Shown piece after piece: positions 8,892-18,391 of a stretch of DNA of 28,649 bases. A program made the position numbers and the translations under genes. Numbering within the stretch: the stretch's first letter is position 1; every line of letters starts with the position of its first letter. The stretch covers positions 1 to 28,649 of the IMG/VR virus record IMGVR_UViG_3300017786_002712. One strand, written 5' to 3'. The notes beneath the pieces were generated by a model. It saw only the letters and a list, made by a program, of their open reading frames with translations. It did not search any database and was not told where the DNA came from. This DNA comes from a virus (Duplodnaviria > Caudoviricetes).

Positions 8892-9821
8892 ATGCTTTTA
8901 AAAGAATTTTCAAAACCTATTACGGTTAAAACACTTAACGAGAATCTCTCAAAGAGATTTGGTAAACAGGTTAATGTGTCAGCATTTACAAATGAGCAGT
9001 TAGAAGATGCTAGAAACAAGTTAAGAACAATGCTATCACAAGTAGAAACTAATGAAAGTTTTGAGTCAGTAAACACAAACGATACATATCAAAAAAATAA
9101 AATGTTCCTTGATGTTATCAATGCTGAAATTGCTGAGCGTGATGAAAGTACAGATGAATCAGTAGTACACGAAGGCAAATACGAATATTTTGATGACAAA
9201 GCGTCTGCTCAAGCACATGCAAAAAAACATGGTGGTAAAGTATATACAAATAGTGGCAAAGGTAATACCGGCGGCAAAAATACACATGTAGTAATTAAAG
9301 ATAGTATTGATAAAGAAGGAACTGTAGTCAAAGAAGGCGCAGAAGAAGAGGCAACACTTGTAATGGCAGCCAAAGATATGGTAGACAGAATTACAGGCTG
9401 GATGGAAGACACAGCAGAAATGCAGACAGAATCAATGTTAGAACTAGGCGATAAAATTAGAGACGAACTAGGTATTGATAAGTCAGACGAGTTTATCGGA
9501 GCTGTTAAGCCAGCTCTTGAAGGACTTTATAGCACATTGGAAGGCACGAGAAACTCCCTAACAACCGGCGTAGCTGTACTTACAGGAGAAGGTGCTCCAA
9601 CTACCATGGGCGATGAAATCCCAGCAGACGATGCAGAAATGGACATGGAGCCAACTGTTGATGCTGAGGCTGAACCAGATGCCCCAGAAGGCGAAGATGA
9701 GTTTGCGGCCGCGGATGCTTCCGCAGGCGGAGAAGAAGAAGCAGGCAGAGAAAAACGAGAAAGTGTTGACCTAAGCAAAAGATTAGGTTTGCTGTTAGCA
9801 GACTCAAAAAAAAAGTCATAG
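8892..9821 (+). CDS. Acidic putative head core/scaffold-like protein, 309 aa, ending in a slippery A9G run
   Basis: GATAAATA late motif and AAGGA RBS; very Glu/Asp-rich with many x-x-E sites; ends TCA AAA AAA AAG TCA TAG. Confidence 0.8.
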   Translation: MLLKEFSKPITVKTLNENLSKRFGKQVNVSAFTNEQLEDARNKLRTMLSQVETNESFESVNTNDTYQKNKMFLDVINAEIAERDESTDESVVHEGKYEYFDDKASAQAHAKKHGGKVYTNSGKGNTGGKNTHVVIKDSIDKEGTVVKEGAEEEATLVMAAKDMVDRITGWMEDTAEMQTESMLELGDKIRDELGIDKSDEFIGAVKPALEGLYSTLEGTRNSLTTGVAVLTGEGAPTTMGDEIPADDAEMDMEPTVDAEAEPDAPEGEDEFAAADASAGGEEEAGREKRESVDLSKRLGLLLADSKKKS

Positions 9822-10123
9822 AGTCATCTAATACCACACACGAAAAGCTCGCACAAATATTACACTTAAAATACGAACAAGGTCAAGAATCAATTGGCTG
9901 GGCCGAACTTAACAACTTGCTTGATAACGTAGGTTCAGAGCATTTTGATCAGTCTAGTTTTGTTACCGCTTACAATGATGATACTAGAGTTAATAAATTA
10001 GTTTCTAGTTTTGATGAAAACGGTATAGTATTAGTAGGTGGCGAAGACCCAGCCAATCCAGAGCCAGAAGACAAAACAGTTGATAATATGGCTAAGTCGG
10101 CAACTAAAAACGCATTAAAATAA
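9815..10123 (+). CDS. Start-less -1 frame coding region (102 codons), probable frameshift extension of ORF 8892
   Basis: The -1 frame is open from 9770 to TAA 10121-10123, with no ATG/GTG or RBS near its 5' end; reads KKK-VIESSNTTHEKLAQIL...SATKNALK. Confidence 0.65.
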   Translation, partial: VIESSNTTHEKLAQILHLKYEQGQESIGWAELNNLLDNVGSEHFDQSSFVTAYNDDTRVNKLVSSFDENGIVLVGGEDPANPEPEDKTVDNMAKSATKNALK

Positions 10124-10127
10124 TCAC

Positions 10128-10156
10128 TTGACAAGCTAGATACTTTACTGTATACT
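10128..10156 (+). promoter_or_regulatory. Sigma70-type early promoter
   Basis: TTGACA-17 bp-TATACT. Confidence 0.8.
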
Positions 10157-10178
10157 ATATAATAGTATAGGAGTGAAC

Positions 10179-10781
10179 ATGAGTCTACTTAGGCAAATTA
10201 ATGGTATTGAATTATATGTAGTACCTAACCAACATTGGATAGTTTCAGCAGTGTATCCTGATTATGAGGATATGATAAAGTTATTTGACTTTACTAATAG
10301 CGATATTTCAAAAGGTAGTTGTACTGTTGACGGCATACAAAAGCCGTTAGAAGATAAAGAATGGGCTGTTGAGCGCAATCGTTATAAAGAATGGTTGTTA
10401 GATATATTCTCACAAGTTAACGTTCCTATACAAACTATTACAGAACGCAACACTGAAGAACAACAGCACAAAGCCTGGACTATTAATTACTTTCCAGGCG
10501 GCTGGCAAGCAGGACATTTTCATAGCACAGACAAAGTAGCACAAGATAATAAACGTTTCGCGTCAAGTGTAATGTTCTTTGATAATTTGAAACCAACAAA
10601 GACTAATAAATTTAATGGGTGTCTTTATACAACACTACAAGGTCCTAATGGTTATACATATGATCATAAGTTTCATCCTACTCCAGGCAGAGTAGTTGTT
10701 ATGGATGATAGGGTATGGCACGGAACTTATCCAACTGAAGATAATAGACGTTGCTTAGTATGGGATTTTGACATTGCTTAG
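10179..10781 (+). CDS. Putative 2OG-Fe(II) oxygenase
   Basis: AWTINYFPGGWQAGHFH...WHGT...RRCLVWDF pattern (HxH...H...R); AGGAG RBS 5 nt before ATG 10179. Confidence 0.7.
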   Translation: MSLLRQINGIELYVVPNQHWIVSAVYPDYEDMIKLFDFTNSDISKGSCTVDGIQKPLEDKEWAVERNRYKEWLLDIFSQVNVPIQTITERNTEEQQHKAWTINYFPGGWQAGHFHSTDKVAQDNKRFASSVMFFDNLKPTKTNKFNGCLYTTLQGPNGYTYDHKFHPTPGRVVVMDDRVWHGTYPTEDNRRCLVWDFDIA

Positions 10782-11526
10782 AATAGGTGTACGTGGTAGT
10801 AAATTAGCATTAGCATACGCAGACCGTGTATGTAAAGAGCTTAGTTGTGATACTAAAATAGAAGTTATACAAACAGACGGAGATTTAAATCCTGATACGC
10901 CTATACATGAAATAGGTGGCAAAGGTGTATTCTGTAATGCTATTGAATACGCATTAAAGTACGGACTTATTGATGTCGGTGTACACAGTTTAAAAGATAT
11001 ACCAGGAGATATAGAACATCCTGACTTACATATATGTGCCGTGTTAAAACGAAGTAGACCGCATGATGTTTTAATAGGTAAAATATTTGATGGCTTTGTA
11101 ATTGGTACAAGTAGTCCAAGACGCAAGGCACAACTTGAACAATTATATTCTGGAATTAATGTAAAAATTAAACCTATACGTGGTAACATTGATACAAGAT
11201 TAGAAAAACTAGATGCTGGAGATTATGATGCTATTGTATTAGCAGAAGCAGGATTAGATGCGTTAGGTATTAAACGAGATTACGAACGTCTTCCTATTAT
11301 ACCGGCGATCGGACAAGGTACTATTGCGTTACAAACACGCAAAGACGACACACTTACAAACAATATTGTTAGCAAGGCAAACCATAAACTTACATATGAA
11401 CAGGCACAATTAGAAAGAGCATTACTAAAAGGAATAGCAGGAGATTGCCATACAAGGGTAGCCGCAAAAGCTACAGGTAGTAATCCTATCAAACTAGAAG
11501 CAGTATATTACACGGAGAACGAATGA
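10768..11526 (+). CDS. hemC: Hydroxymethylbilane synthase (porphobilinogen deaminase), compact form
   Basis: RIGVRGSKLA, GGKGVF, VHSLKD, GTSSPRR, RGNIDTRL, LAEAGL, PAIGQG and cofactor-binding Cys in GDC; TTG start is uncertain. Confidence 0.93.
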   Translation: MTLLRIGVRGSKLALAYADRVCKELSCDTKIEVIQTDGDLNPDTPIHEIGGKGVFCNAIEYALKYGLIDVGVHSLKDIPGDIEHPDLHICAVLKRSRPHDVLIGKIFDGFVIGTSSPRRKAQLEQLYSGINVKIKPIRGNIDTRLEKLDAGDYDAIVLAEAGLDALGIKRDYERLPIIPAIGQGTIALQTRKDDTLTNNIVSKANHKLTYEQAQLERALLKGIAGDCHTRVAAKATGSNPIKLEAVYYTENE

Positions 11527-12227
11527 GTTTAATTATAGAGAAGTACGATTACAAACCAATTTCACGAAAGAACATTGATGGTAAGCGAAAGTATATGACA
11601 CCTGACGGAGGTGCTGTGGCTAGTGTAACAACTATCCTTGATGCTACAAGCGATAAGTCAGGACTAATAGCATGGCGCAAACGTGTAGGTGAAACTAAAG
11701 CACAAGAAATTGTAACAGAAGCCGCTGGTGTTGGTACTAGGATGCACAAGTATCTCGAAGATTATATTGAGTTTGGCGAATGGCCTACTCCAGGTGGTAA
11801 TCCGTTTGCTAAAAAAGCACACGCAATGGCAACACAGATACGTGATAATGCTATGGTAGATGTTGATGAGATTTGGGGCAGTGAAGTTGCTCTTTATGTT
11901 CCACAGATGTATGCTGGTACTACTGACCTTGTTGGACAGTACAAAGGTAATCCGTGTATTATGGATTTTAAACAAACAAATAAGCCTAAGAAATTAGAAT
12001 ATGTACAAAACTATTTCCTACAATTAGTAGCATATGCCGAAGCACACAACGAAATACATGGTACAAACATTCGTGAAGGACATATCTTTATGTGTAGTCG
12101 CGGCGACGATGGCATGTTGTTAGGAGGAGAAACTTATCAGCAGTTTGATGTATGGCCACATGAATATGACGAATGGCGTAATGAATGGTACAACAGAGTG
12201 TATACATATTACGAGCAACACGGATAA
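11523..12227 (+). CDS. PD-(D/E)XK exonuclease (T4-like phage exonuclease)
   Basis: SVTTIL, WRKRVG, GTRMH, YAGTTD, IMDFKQT, QLVAYA motifs. Confidence 0.85.
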   Translation: MSLIIEKYDYKPISRKNIDGKRKYMTPDGGAVASVTTILDATSDKSGLIAWRKRVGETKAQEIVTEAAGVGTRMHKYLEDYIEFGEWPTPGGNPFAKKAHAMATQIRDNAMVDVDEIWGSEVALYVPQMYAGTTDLVGQYKGNPCIMDFKQTNKPKKLEYVQNYFLQLVAYAEAHNEIHGTNIREGHIFMCSRGDDGMLLGGETYQQFDVWPHEYDEWRNEWYNRVYTYYEQHG

Positions 12228-12253
12228 ATACTTACACAAACAGGAGTAAATAG

Positions 12254-13876
12254 ATGGCTGTAGTACAGATATCCAGAATACAAATCAGGCGCGGACAGAA
12301 AAATCAAGGGTCAGGCATTCCACAACTTGCCGGAGGTGAGCTAGGATGGGCAGTTGATTCGAGAGAGCTTTATATTGGTAATGGATCTGTAGCAGAAGGC
12401 GCACCAGCAGTTGGTAATACAAAAGTAATTACAGAACACGATGATCTATTCACTCTTGCTAATACATATTCTTATCTTAATGGTGTAACTGTACAAACAG
12501 GTGTTTCATCAACGTCACCTATTAAAAGAACATTACAATCTAGACTAGACGAAATGGTTAATATTAGATCATTTGGAGCAAACGGAGATGGTACTGATCA
12601 AACAATAGCTATTCAAAGAGCATTGGATCAACTATTTTTAAATCCATCGACTAAGGGAACTGAACAAAGTAGAGTAACATTACACGTACCAGCCGGCGTA
12701 TATAAAATTAGTAGTACACTTTACATTCCACCTTTTACTACTATCAAAGGTGACGGTCCAATGAAAACTAAATTTAATATGACTGGTAATGCTGTCGCTA
12801 TGAAAACTGTTAATGGTAGTAGTGAACCAGGTAACTACGCAGATGACAGTTCATCAACATCGGCAAACCAAGCATCAGGTATTAACTTATCAGGATTTAC
12901 TTTACAGACAGCATCAACAACACAACCTGCTATAGACTTAACAACTGTTAGAGACAGTATGTTTCATATGATACAAGTTACAGGAACATTTGCCACAGGC
13001 GATACAATTACAGAAGCTAACGCAGGTATTAAGTTGTCTTCACTAAGTTCATTAGTAGGAACACAAAAGAATAAGTTCGAACACGTAAGAGTTAAAAATA
13101 TGTGTGTAGGAATTGTTAGTGACGACGATGTATATAATAACCATTTTAACTGTAGTTACTTTGAAAACTTAGGTAAAGGAATTGTATTCGGAGCAAACAC
13201 AGTAATTAATTCACCTGGACAGTCAACAGGACCTTGTAAGAACAAATTTACCAATAGCACATTTACTGATATTGATAGAGAAGGAATTGTTATTACAACA
13301 GGAACAAATAACACTAGTTCAATGAATGTATTTGAAGGTGTAGGAAATGTTGGCGGTAATGAAGGTAATGCCACTTATAGCATACTTGATTACTCAGCAG
13401 GCGGAAACAGTTCACACGAAGATATTTTTAATAGAACAGCAGATCTTTCTTATAACCAAACCTTTATTACAACTTCTCCATATGTTAGTGAAATTAAAGG
13501 TAGAACGTCTTCAACATTAGGCGGCGCTCATAGTTTAGAAATAAGCGAAGCAAGTTCATATACCTACTTGTTCCGTTTACCGGGTGATTACAGTAGAACT
13601 TTTGAAGTAGAATATACTTACTATAGTACTCTTGTAAATGCTCAAAGACAAGGTATAATGCACTTCCAACTAGACAAAACAAATAGCAATGCTATTACGT
13701 TTGTTGATGACTATAACTATCAGGGTGATAGCGTAAATGAAGAAAACCTACAGTTTCAAGCCGCAATGGTGGACACAAATGGTAATTCTTCGGTTGACAC
13801 GCTGGTGGTTTCTATGTTAAACTCAACTATAAATGATCAAGGTACATTCAACTTTAAAATAAAGTATATTAGTTAA
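12254..13876 (+). CDS. Tail fibre/baseplate structural protein with Mtd-like N-terminus and pectate-lyase-like beta-helix
   Basis: RIQIRRG...LAGGELGWAVDSRELYIGNG N-terminal motif; VNIRSFGANGDG..D..AIQRAL...PAGVY beta-helix cap; GATAAATA late promoter at 12223 and AGGAG RBS. Confidence 0.8.
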   Translation: MAVVQISRIQIRRGQKNQGSGIPQLAGGELGWAVDSRELYIGNGSVAEGAPAVGNTKVITEHDDLFTLANTYSYLNGVTVQTGVSSTSPIKRTLQSRLDEMVNIRSFGANGDGTDQTIAIQRALDQLFLNPSTKGTEQSRVTLHVPAGVYKISSTLYIPPFTTIKGDGPMKTKFNMTGNAVAMKTVNGSSEPGNYADDSSSTSANQASGINLSGFTLQTASTTQPAIDLTTVRDSMFHMIQVTGTFATGDTITEANAGIKLSSLSSLVGTQKNKFEHVRVKNMCVGIVSDDDVYNNHFNCSYFENLGKGIVFGANTVINSPGQSTGPCKNKFTNSTFTDIDREGIVITTGTNNTSSMNVFEGVGNVGGNEGNATYSILDYSAGGNSSHEDIFNRTADLSYNQTFITTSPYVSEIKGRTSSTLGGAHSLEISEASSYTYLFRLPGDYSRTFEVEYTYYSTLVNAQRQGIMHFQLDKTNSNAITFVDDYNYQGDSVNEENLQFQAAMVDTNGNSSVDTLVVSMLNSTINDQGTFNFKIKYIS

Positions 13877-14301
13877 TGATACAATTAAAATTTGAAGATA
13901 GAGTCAAGGTCTGGAAGGATCTCCGTGATGAATTAGAAACTCACCCACGACCATTCCATAGGATTATTGAATTTTGTAACAAGCTACCTATCGGTAGTAA
14001 AAAAGTCAATCCTTATGACCCTGCCACTCAAACATTACCTTGGCACTTACTAGACGAGAGTTCATTTTGTGAGTATGAAATTGCGCAATTATGCGCTTAT
14101 ACCTTACAGTTAACCGATCGTTTTAGTGAGGCAAATGTAGAGATACATATCAGTAAGGACATAGAAAATAACAAAGAAATGTACTTGGTATGTTTAGACA
14201 GGAGTATAGTCTTGGGATACAGAAGCGAAGTTCTAACACTAGATGAGCTACCAGATAATGTGGTGTCACAAAAGATTTACCACATGCCACCGCTTCAATA
14301 A
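13876..14301 (+). CDS. Hypothetical phage protein, 141 aa
   Basis: TAATG coupling to the tail gene. Confidence 0.8.
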   Translation: MIQLKFEDRVKVWKDLRDELETHPRPFHRIIEFCNKLPIGSKKVNPYDPATQTLPWHLLDESSFCEYEIAQLCAYTLQLTDRFSEANVEIHISKDIENNKEMYLVCLDRSIVLGYRSEVLTLDELPDNVVSQKIYHMPPLQ

Positions 14302-14334
14302 ATAAACTGTAATTAAAAAAAGGAAGTAGAAATA

Positions 14335-16647
14335 ATGAAATCAGACCTCAATATTGTAAAACGTAATGGCGACAAAGTAGTATTAGATGTTCAAAAAATC
14401 CATAAAGTAGTTAACTTTGCATGTGAAGGTCTAGCTGGTGTAAGTAGTAGCTTAATTCAAATGAACGCAGGAATCCAATTTGCGGAAGGTATGACAACTT
14501 CACAAATTCAAGACTTGTTAGTTAGATCAGCAAATGATTTGATTAGTTTAGAGAATCCAAATTATCAATATGCCGCGGCACGTTTGTTAGCATACGGAGT
14601 ATACAAAGATGTATATGGTAGTTTTGATAAGATATCACTTAAAGAAATGATTAAAGTAAACATTGAACGTGGTGTATATGATAGTGCTATACTAGACAGT
14701 TACACTGACGAAGAGTTTGCTAAACTAGATTCATACATTCATCACAAGCGTGATGAGAACTTTACCTTCGCAGGTCTGCGTCAGGTAGTTGACAAGTACC
14801 TATGTCAGGATAGAAGTTCAGGACAAATTTTTGAAACTCCACAACACATGTATATGATGATTGCGGCAACACTATTCGCTAACTATCCACAAGAAGATAG
14901 GTTATATTATGTAAGGAGATACTATGACTCGACCTCACTTTTTAAAATCAATATCCCAACGCCGGTCATGGCCGGAGTGCGTACTCCAGTTAGGCAGTTT
15001 GCCTCTTGTGTTCTCGTTGACAGTGACGACACACTTGATTCGATCTTTGCGTCAGACATGTCCATCGGTAGATACACAGCTCAAAGAGCTGGTATCGGTA
15101 TTAACGCAGGACGTATCAGAGGAGTCAACGCAAAAATCCGAGGAGGAGAAGTTGCCCACACAGGACTCATCCCGTTCCTAAAGAAGTTTGAAGCAACTGT
15201 ACGTTGTTGTACACAGAATGGTGTACGTGGCGGAAGTGCTACTACACACTTCCCGTTTTGGCATCAAGAAATTGAAGACATTCTTGTACTTAAAAACAAC
15301 AAAGGTACAGAAGACAATCGTGTACGTAAGTTAGATTATTCAATTCAACTTAATAAAACAATGTATGAAAGGTTATTAACTCAAAAAGATATAACTCTTT
15401 TCTCGCCACACGATGTGCCAGGATTGTATGAAGCATACTTCGGCGATCCAGCAGTGTTCCAAGAGCTATACGAAAAGTACGAACGTGCTACAAGCATTAA
15501 AAAGAAAACTATTCCGGCAATGGAGTTGTTTTCTGCGTTGATCAAAGAACGTGCTGAGACAGGACGCATTTATATTATGAATGTTGATCACTGTAATACA
15601 CACAGTTCATTTAAAGATACAGTATACATGAGTAACTTGTGTCAAGAGATTACATTACCTACTAAGCCACTTAACCATATTGATGATGAAGAAGGTGAAA
15701 TAGCATTATGTATTCTATCAGCTATTAATGTAGGTACACTAAAAGATCTAGACGACTTAGAAGACTTGTGTGAACTAGCAGTAAGAGCATTAGAAGAAAT
15801 TATTGACTATCAACGTTATCCTATCAAAGCGGCAGAGATTAGTACAAAAGCAAGACGTTCGCTTGGTATTGGTTATATTGGACTAGCACATTATCTAGCA
15901 AAGAATCAAGTACAATATAGCGATCCTAAGGCATGGAAACTAGTACACAATCTAACAGAAGCATTCCAATATTATTTGTTAAAAGCATCGAACAAACTAG
16001 CACAGGAACGTGGAGCATGTGATTACTTTAACCGCACTAAATATAGTGATGGCATACTGCCAATCGACACTTACAAAAAAGAAGTCGATGAGCTAGGAAA
16101 GTTTAAATTAAAATATGATTGGGAGACTTTACGATCAGATATTAGTAACCACGGGTTACGGCACAGCACATTGTCCGCACAAATGCCTTCAGAGAGCAGT
16201 TCCGTTGTGTCGAACGCAACAAACGGAATCGAACCACCTAGAGGATACTTGTCCGTTAAGAAAAGCAAAAAAGGGCCTCTTAAGCAGGTTGTTCCACAGT
16301 ATCAAACACTAAAGAATCATTATACATTGTTATGGGAAATGCCTAGCAACGAAGGTTACATTAATATTGTATCAGTTATGCAAAAGTTCTTTGACCAAGC
16401 AATTAGTGGCAACTGGAGTTATAACCCAACACACTTCCCAGATAATGAAGTGCCAATGAGCGTTATGATGAAAGATTTGCTGAATACGTATAAGTATGGA
16501 TGGAAAACTTCATACTATCAAAACACTTATGATTACAAAAGTGATGGCGATATAGTAGACGAAACAAAACAAGAACCACTTGCTAGAGCAGAGTTTAACG
16601 GCTCCGACGAAGAGTATGACGAACATTGTGAGGCATGTGCTATTTAG
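14335..16647 (+). CDS. nrdA: Class Ia ribonucleotide reductase alpha subunit with ATP cone
   Basis: IVKRNG ATP cone, QFASC, SNLCQEI (thiyl Cys), KTSYY, C-terminal CEAC. Confidence 0.98.
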   Translation: MKSDLNIVKRNGDKVVLDVQKIHKVVNFACEGLAGVSSSLIQMNAGIQFAEGMTTSQIQDLLVRSANDLISLENPNYQYAAARLLAYGVYKDVYGSFDKISLKEMIKVNIERGVYDSAILDSYTDEEFAKLDSYIHHKRDENFTFAGLRQVVDKYLCQDRSSGQIFETPQHMYMMIAATLFANYPQEDRLYYVRRYYDSTSLFKINIPTPVMAGVRTPVRQFASCVLVDSDDTLDSIFASDMSIGRYTAQRAGIGINAGRIRGVNAKIRGGEVAHTGLIPFLKKFEATVRCCTQNGVRGGSATTHFPFWHQEIEDILVLKNNKGTEDNRVRKLDYSIQLNKTMYERLLTQKDITLFSPHDVPGLYEAYFGDPAVFQELYEKYERATSIKKKTIPAMELFSALIKERAETGRIYIMNVDHCNTHSSFKDTVYMSNLCQEITLPTKPLNHIDDEEGEIALCILSAINVGTLKDLDDLEDLCELAVRALEEIIDYQRYPIKAAEISTKARRSLGIGYIGLAHYLAKNQVQYSDPKAWKLVHNLTEAFQYYLLKASNKLAQERGACDYFNRTKYSDGILPIDTYKKEVDELGKFKLKYDWETLRSDISNHGLRHSTLSAQMPSESSSVVSNATNGIEPPRGYLSVKKSKKGPLKQVVPQYQTLKNHYTLLWEMPSNEGYINIVSVMQKFFDQAISGNWSYNPTHFPDNEVPMSVMMKDLLNTYKYGWKTSYYQNTYDYKSDGDIVDETKQEPLARAEFNGSDEEYDEHCEACAI

Positions 16648-16650
16648 TGG

Positions 16651-16679
16651 TTGACATTATATGTTAATGACTGTATAGT
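16651..16679 (+). promoter_or_regulatory. Sigma70-type promoter upstream of nrdB
   Basis: TTGACA-17 bp-TATAGT. Confidence 0.75.
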
Positions 16680-16709
16680 ATGCAAGACATAAAGAGGAAA
16701 ATGTAGAAA

Positions 16710-17813
16710 ATGGCGAAGACAGTATTTAATCAAGAAAAAGTAGACTTTACAAAGAGCACCATGTTCTTTGGTCCGGATCAAAACACACAACGTTATGATG
16801 TGTTTAAGTTTCCAGAGTTTGATAAACTTAACCAAACTATGCTAGGTTACTTTTGGAGACCGGAGGAAGTAAGTCTACAAAAAGATAGAGCAGACTTTGC
16901 TAACTTCCGTCCAGAACAAAAGCATATTTTTACTTCAAACTTAAAATATCAAACACTACTAGATAGTGTACAAGGACGTGGACCAAGTTTAGCATTTTTG
17001 CCGTATGTGTCATTACCTGAACTAGAAGGATGTATTGTTACTTGGGACTTCTTTGAAACAATTCATTCACGTTCATATACACACATTATGAAGAATGTAT
17101 ATCCAGACCCAAGTGAAGTATTTGATACTATACTTGACGATAAAGAAATTTTAAAGAGAGCAACAGCAGTTACTAAAAACTATGATGCCTTTACTGAATT
17201 AGCAGATGCTTACTTCCATAGAGGAGAAGGTAGTCTTTATGAAGTAAAGAAAAAACTATTCCTTGCGATGATGAATGTAAACATCCTTGAAGGACTACGT
17301 TTTTATGTATCGTTTGCTTGTACGTTCTCATTTGCTGAATCTAAAATGATGGAAGGGTCTGCTAAGATTATTTCATTAATTGCTAGAGATGAAGCAACAC
17401 ACCTAAATTTATCAACACAGGTACTAAAGAATTGGATCAAAGGTAAAGACGATCCAGACTTTGCTAAAATTGCTAAAGAGTGCGAAGATGAAATTGAAGA
17501 CATGTGGCGCACTTGTGTTGATGAAGAAAAAGCATGGGCTAACTATCTATTTAAAGATGGAGCAATTATCGGATTGAACGAAGAGTTGTTACATCAATAT
17601 GTAGAGTTCATTGCTAACAAAAGACTAAAAGCACTAGGCTATAAGACCTTGTACGATCGTCCGCTTAACAATAATCCATTACCGTGGACACAACATTGGC
17701 TAAGCTCATCAGGTTTACAAGTTGCTCCGCAAGAGACTGAAGTAGAGTCTTATATCATTGGTGGAATTAAACAAGATGTAGACGAAGACGTATTGAAAGG
17801 ATTTAGTTTATGA
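16710..17813 (+). CDS. nrdB: Class Ia ribonucleotide reductase beta subunit
   Basis: FWRPEE, LDSVQGR, ETIHSRSY (radical Tyr), EGLRFYVSF, RDEATH, QVAPQETE. Confidence 0.98.
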   Translation: MAKTVFNQEKVDFTKSTMFFGPDQNTQRYDVFKFPEFDKLNQTMLGYFWRPEEVSLQKDRADFANFRPEQKHIFTSNLKYQTLLDSVQGRGPSLAFLPYVSLPELEGCIVTWDFFETIHSRSYTHIMKNVYPDPSEVFDTILDDKEILKRATAVTKNYDAFTELADAYFHRGEGSLYEVKKKLFLAMMNVNILEGLRFYVSFACTFSFAESKMMEGSAKIISLIARDEATHLNLSTQVLKNWIKGKDDPDFAKIAKECEDEIEDMWRTCVDEEKAWANYLFKDGAIIGLNEELLHQYVEFIANKRLKALGYKTLYDRPLNNNPLPWTQHWLSSSGLQVAPQETEVESYIIGGIKQDVDEDVLKGFSL

Positions 17814-18088
17814 CGAATGACAACATTGTCTTTAGCAAACCGGCTTGTCCGAGTTGTGTAAAGGCAAAAGCACTATTAGATAAATTACAAATTAAGTACA
17901 TTGTACAAACACTTGGAGAAGATATTCAACCAAGTGAATTAATGGCCCTCTTTGAATCAAAAGGATTGCCTGCTCCAAGAACAGCACCGCAAGTCTTTTT
18001 AAGAGGACAACATGTAGGCGGCTATGAACAATTAGTTAGCTACATTGAAAACACCGGATTTAATGGAACAGGACACTCAATATCATGA
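17810..18088 (+). CDS. Glutaredoxin
   Basis: CPSC active site, TAPQVF, HVGGY; adjacent to nrdB. Confidence 0.92.
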   Translation: MTNDNIVFSKPACPSCVKAKALLDKLQIKYIVQTLGEDIQPSELMALFESKGLPAPRTAPQVFLRGQHVGGYEQLVSYIENTGFNGTGHSIS

Positions 18089-18378
18089 TGATCGAAAATA
18101 CATATAAAGAAGGCGATACAATTAGTTTTAAAACTGTAGCAGGCGAAGAAGTTATTGCTCGCTTGGTAAAGAAAGAATCAGATTCAATGAAAGTTAAGAA
18201 GCCAATGGCTCTTACAGGAACCAAAGAAGGTATTGGCATGGTGCCATTTACTTTTACTGTTGGGCGTGATAGTGAAATAGATATTAACTTAACTACTATC
18301 GTGTTTATTGCTAAAACTGAAAAAGGAATGGCAGACCAATACATTGAATCAACAACCGGCATAAAGTTAGCCAATTAA
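18085..18378 (+). CDS. Conserved T4-like phage protein with a probable Sm-like fold
   Basis: Pattern ISFKTVAGEEVIARL...VKKP...P...Y...TTGI resembles phage Sm-like proteins (recalled, not searched). Confidence 0.6.
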   Translation: MMIENTYKEGDTISFKTVAGEEVIARLVKKESDSMKVKKPMALTGTKEGIGMVPFTFTVGRDSEIDINLTTIVFIAKTEKGMADQYIESTTGIKLAN

Positions 18379-18391
18379 ATAGGAGAAGAAG

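Noticed and set aside
9819-9869. Read-through of the TAG ending ORF 8892
   Set aside because: Frame 0 hits TAA about 15 codons later; the protein-like continuation is in the -1 frame
12254-13876. Diversity-generating retroelement target, suggested by the Mtd-like N-terminus
   Set aside because: No reverse transcriptase or template/variable repeat pair is visible in the window; this N-terminal motif is common in tail proteins
14335-17813. Intron, intein or homing endonuclease in nrdA/nrdB
   Set aside because: Both ORFs are continuous and of normal length, and the intergenic gap holds only a promoter
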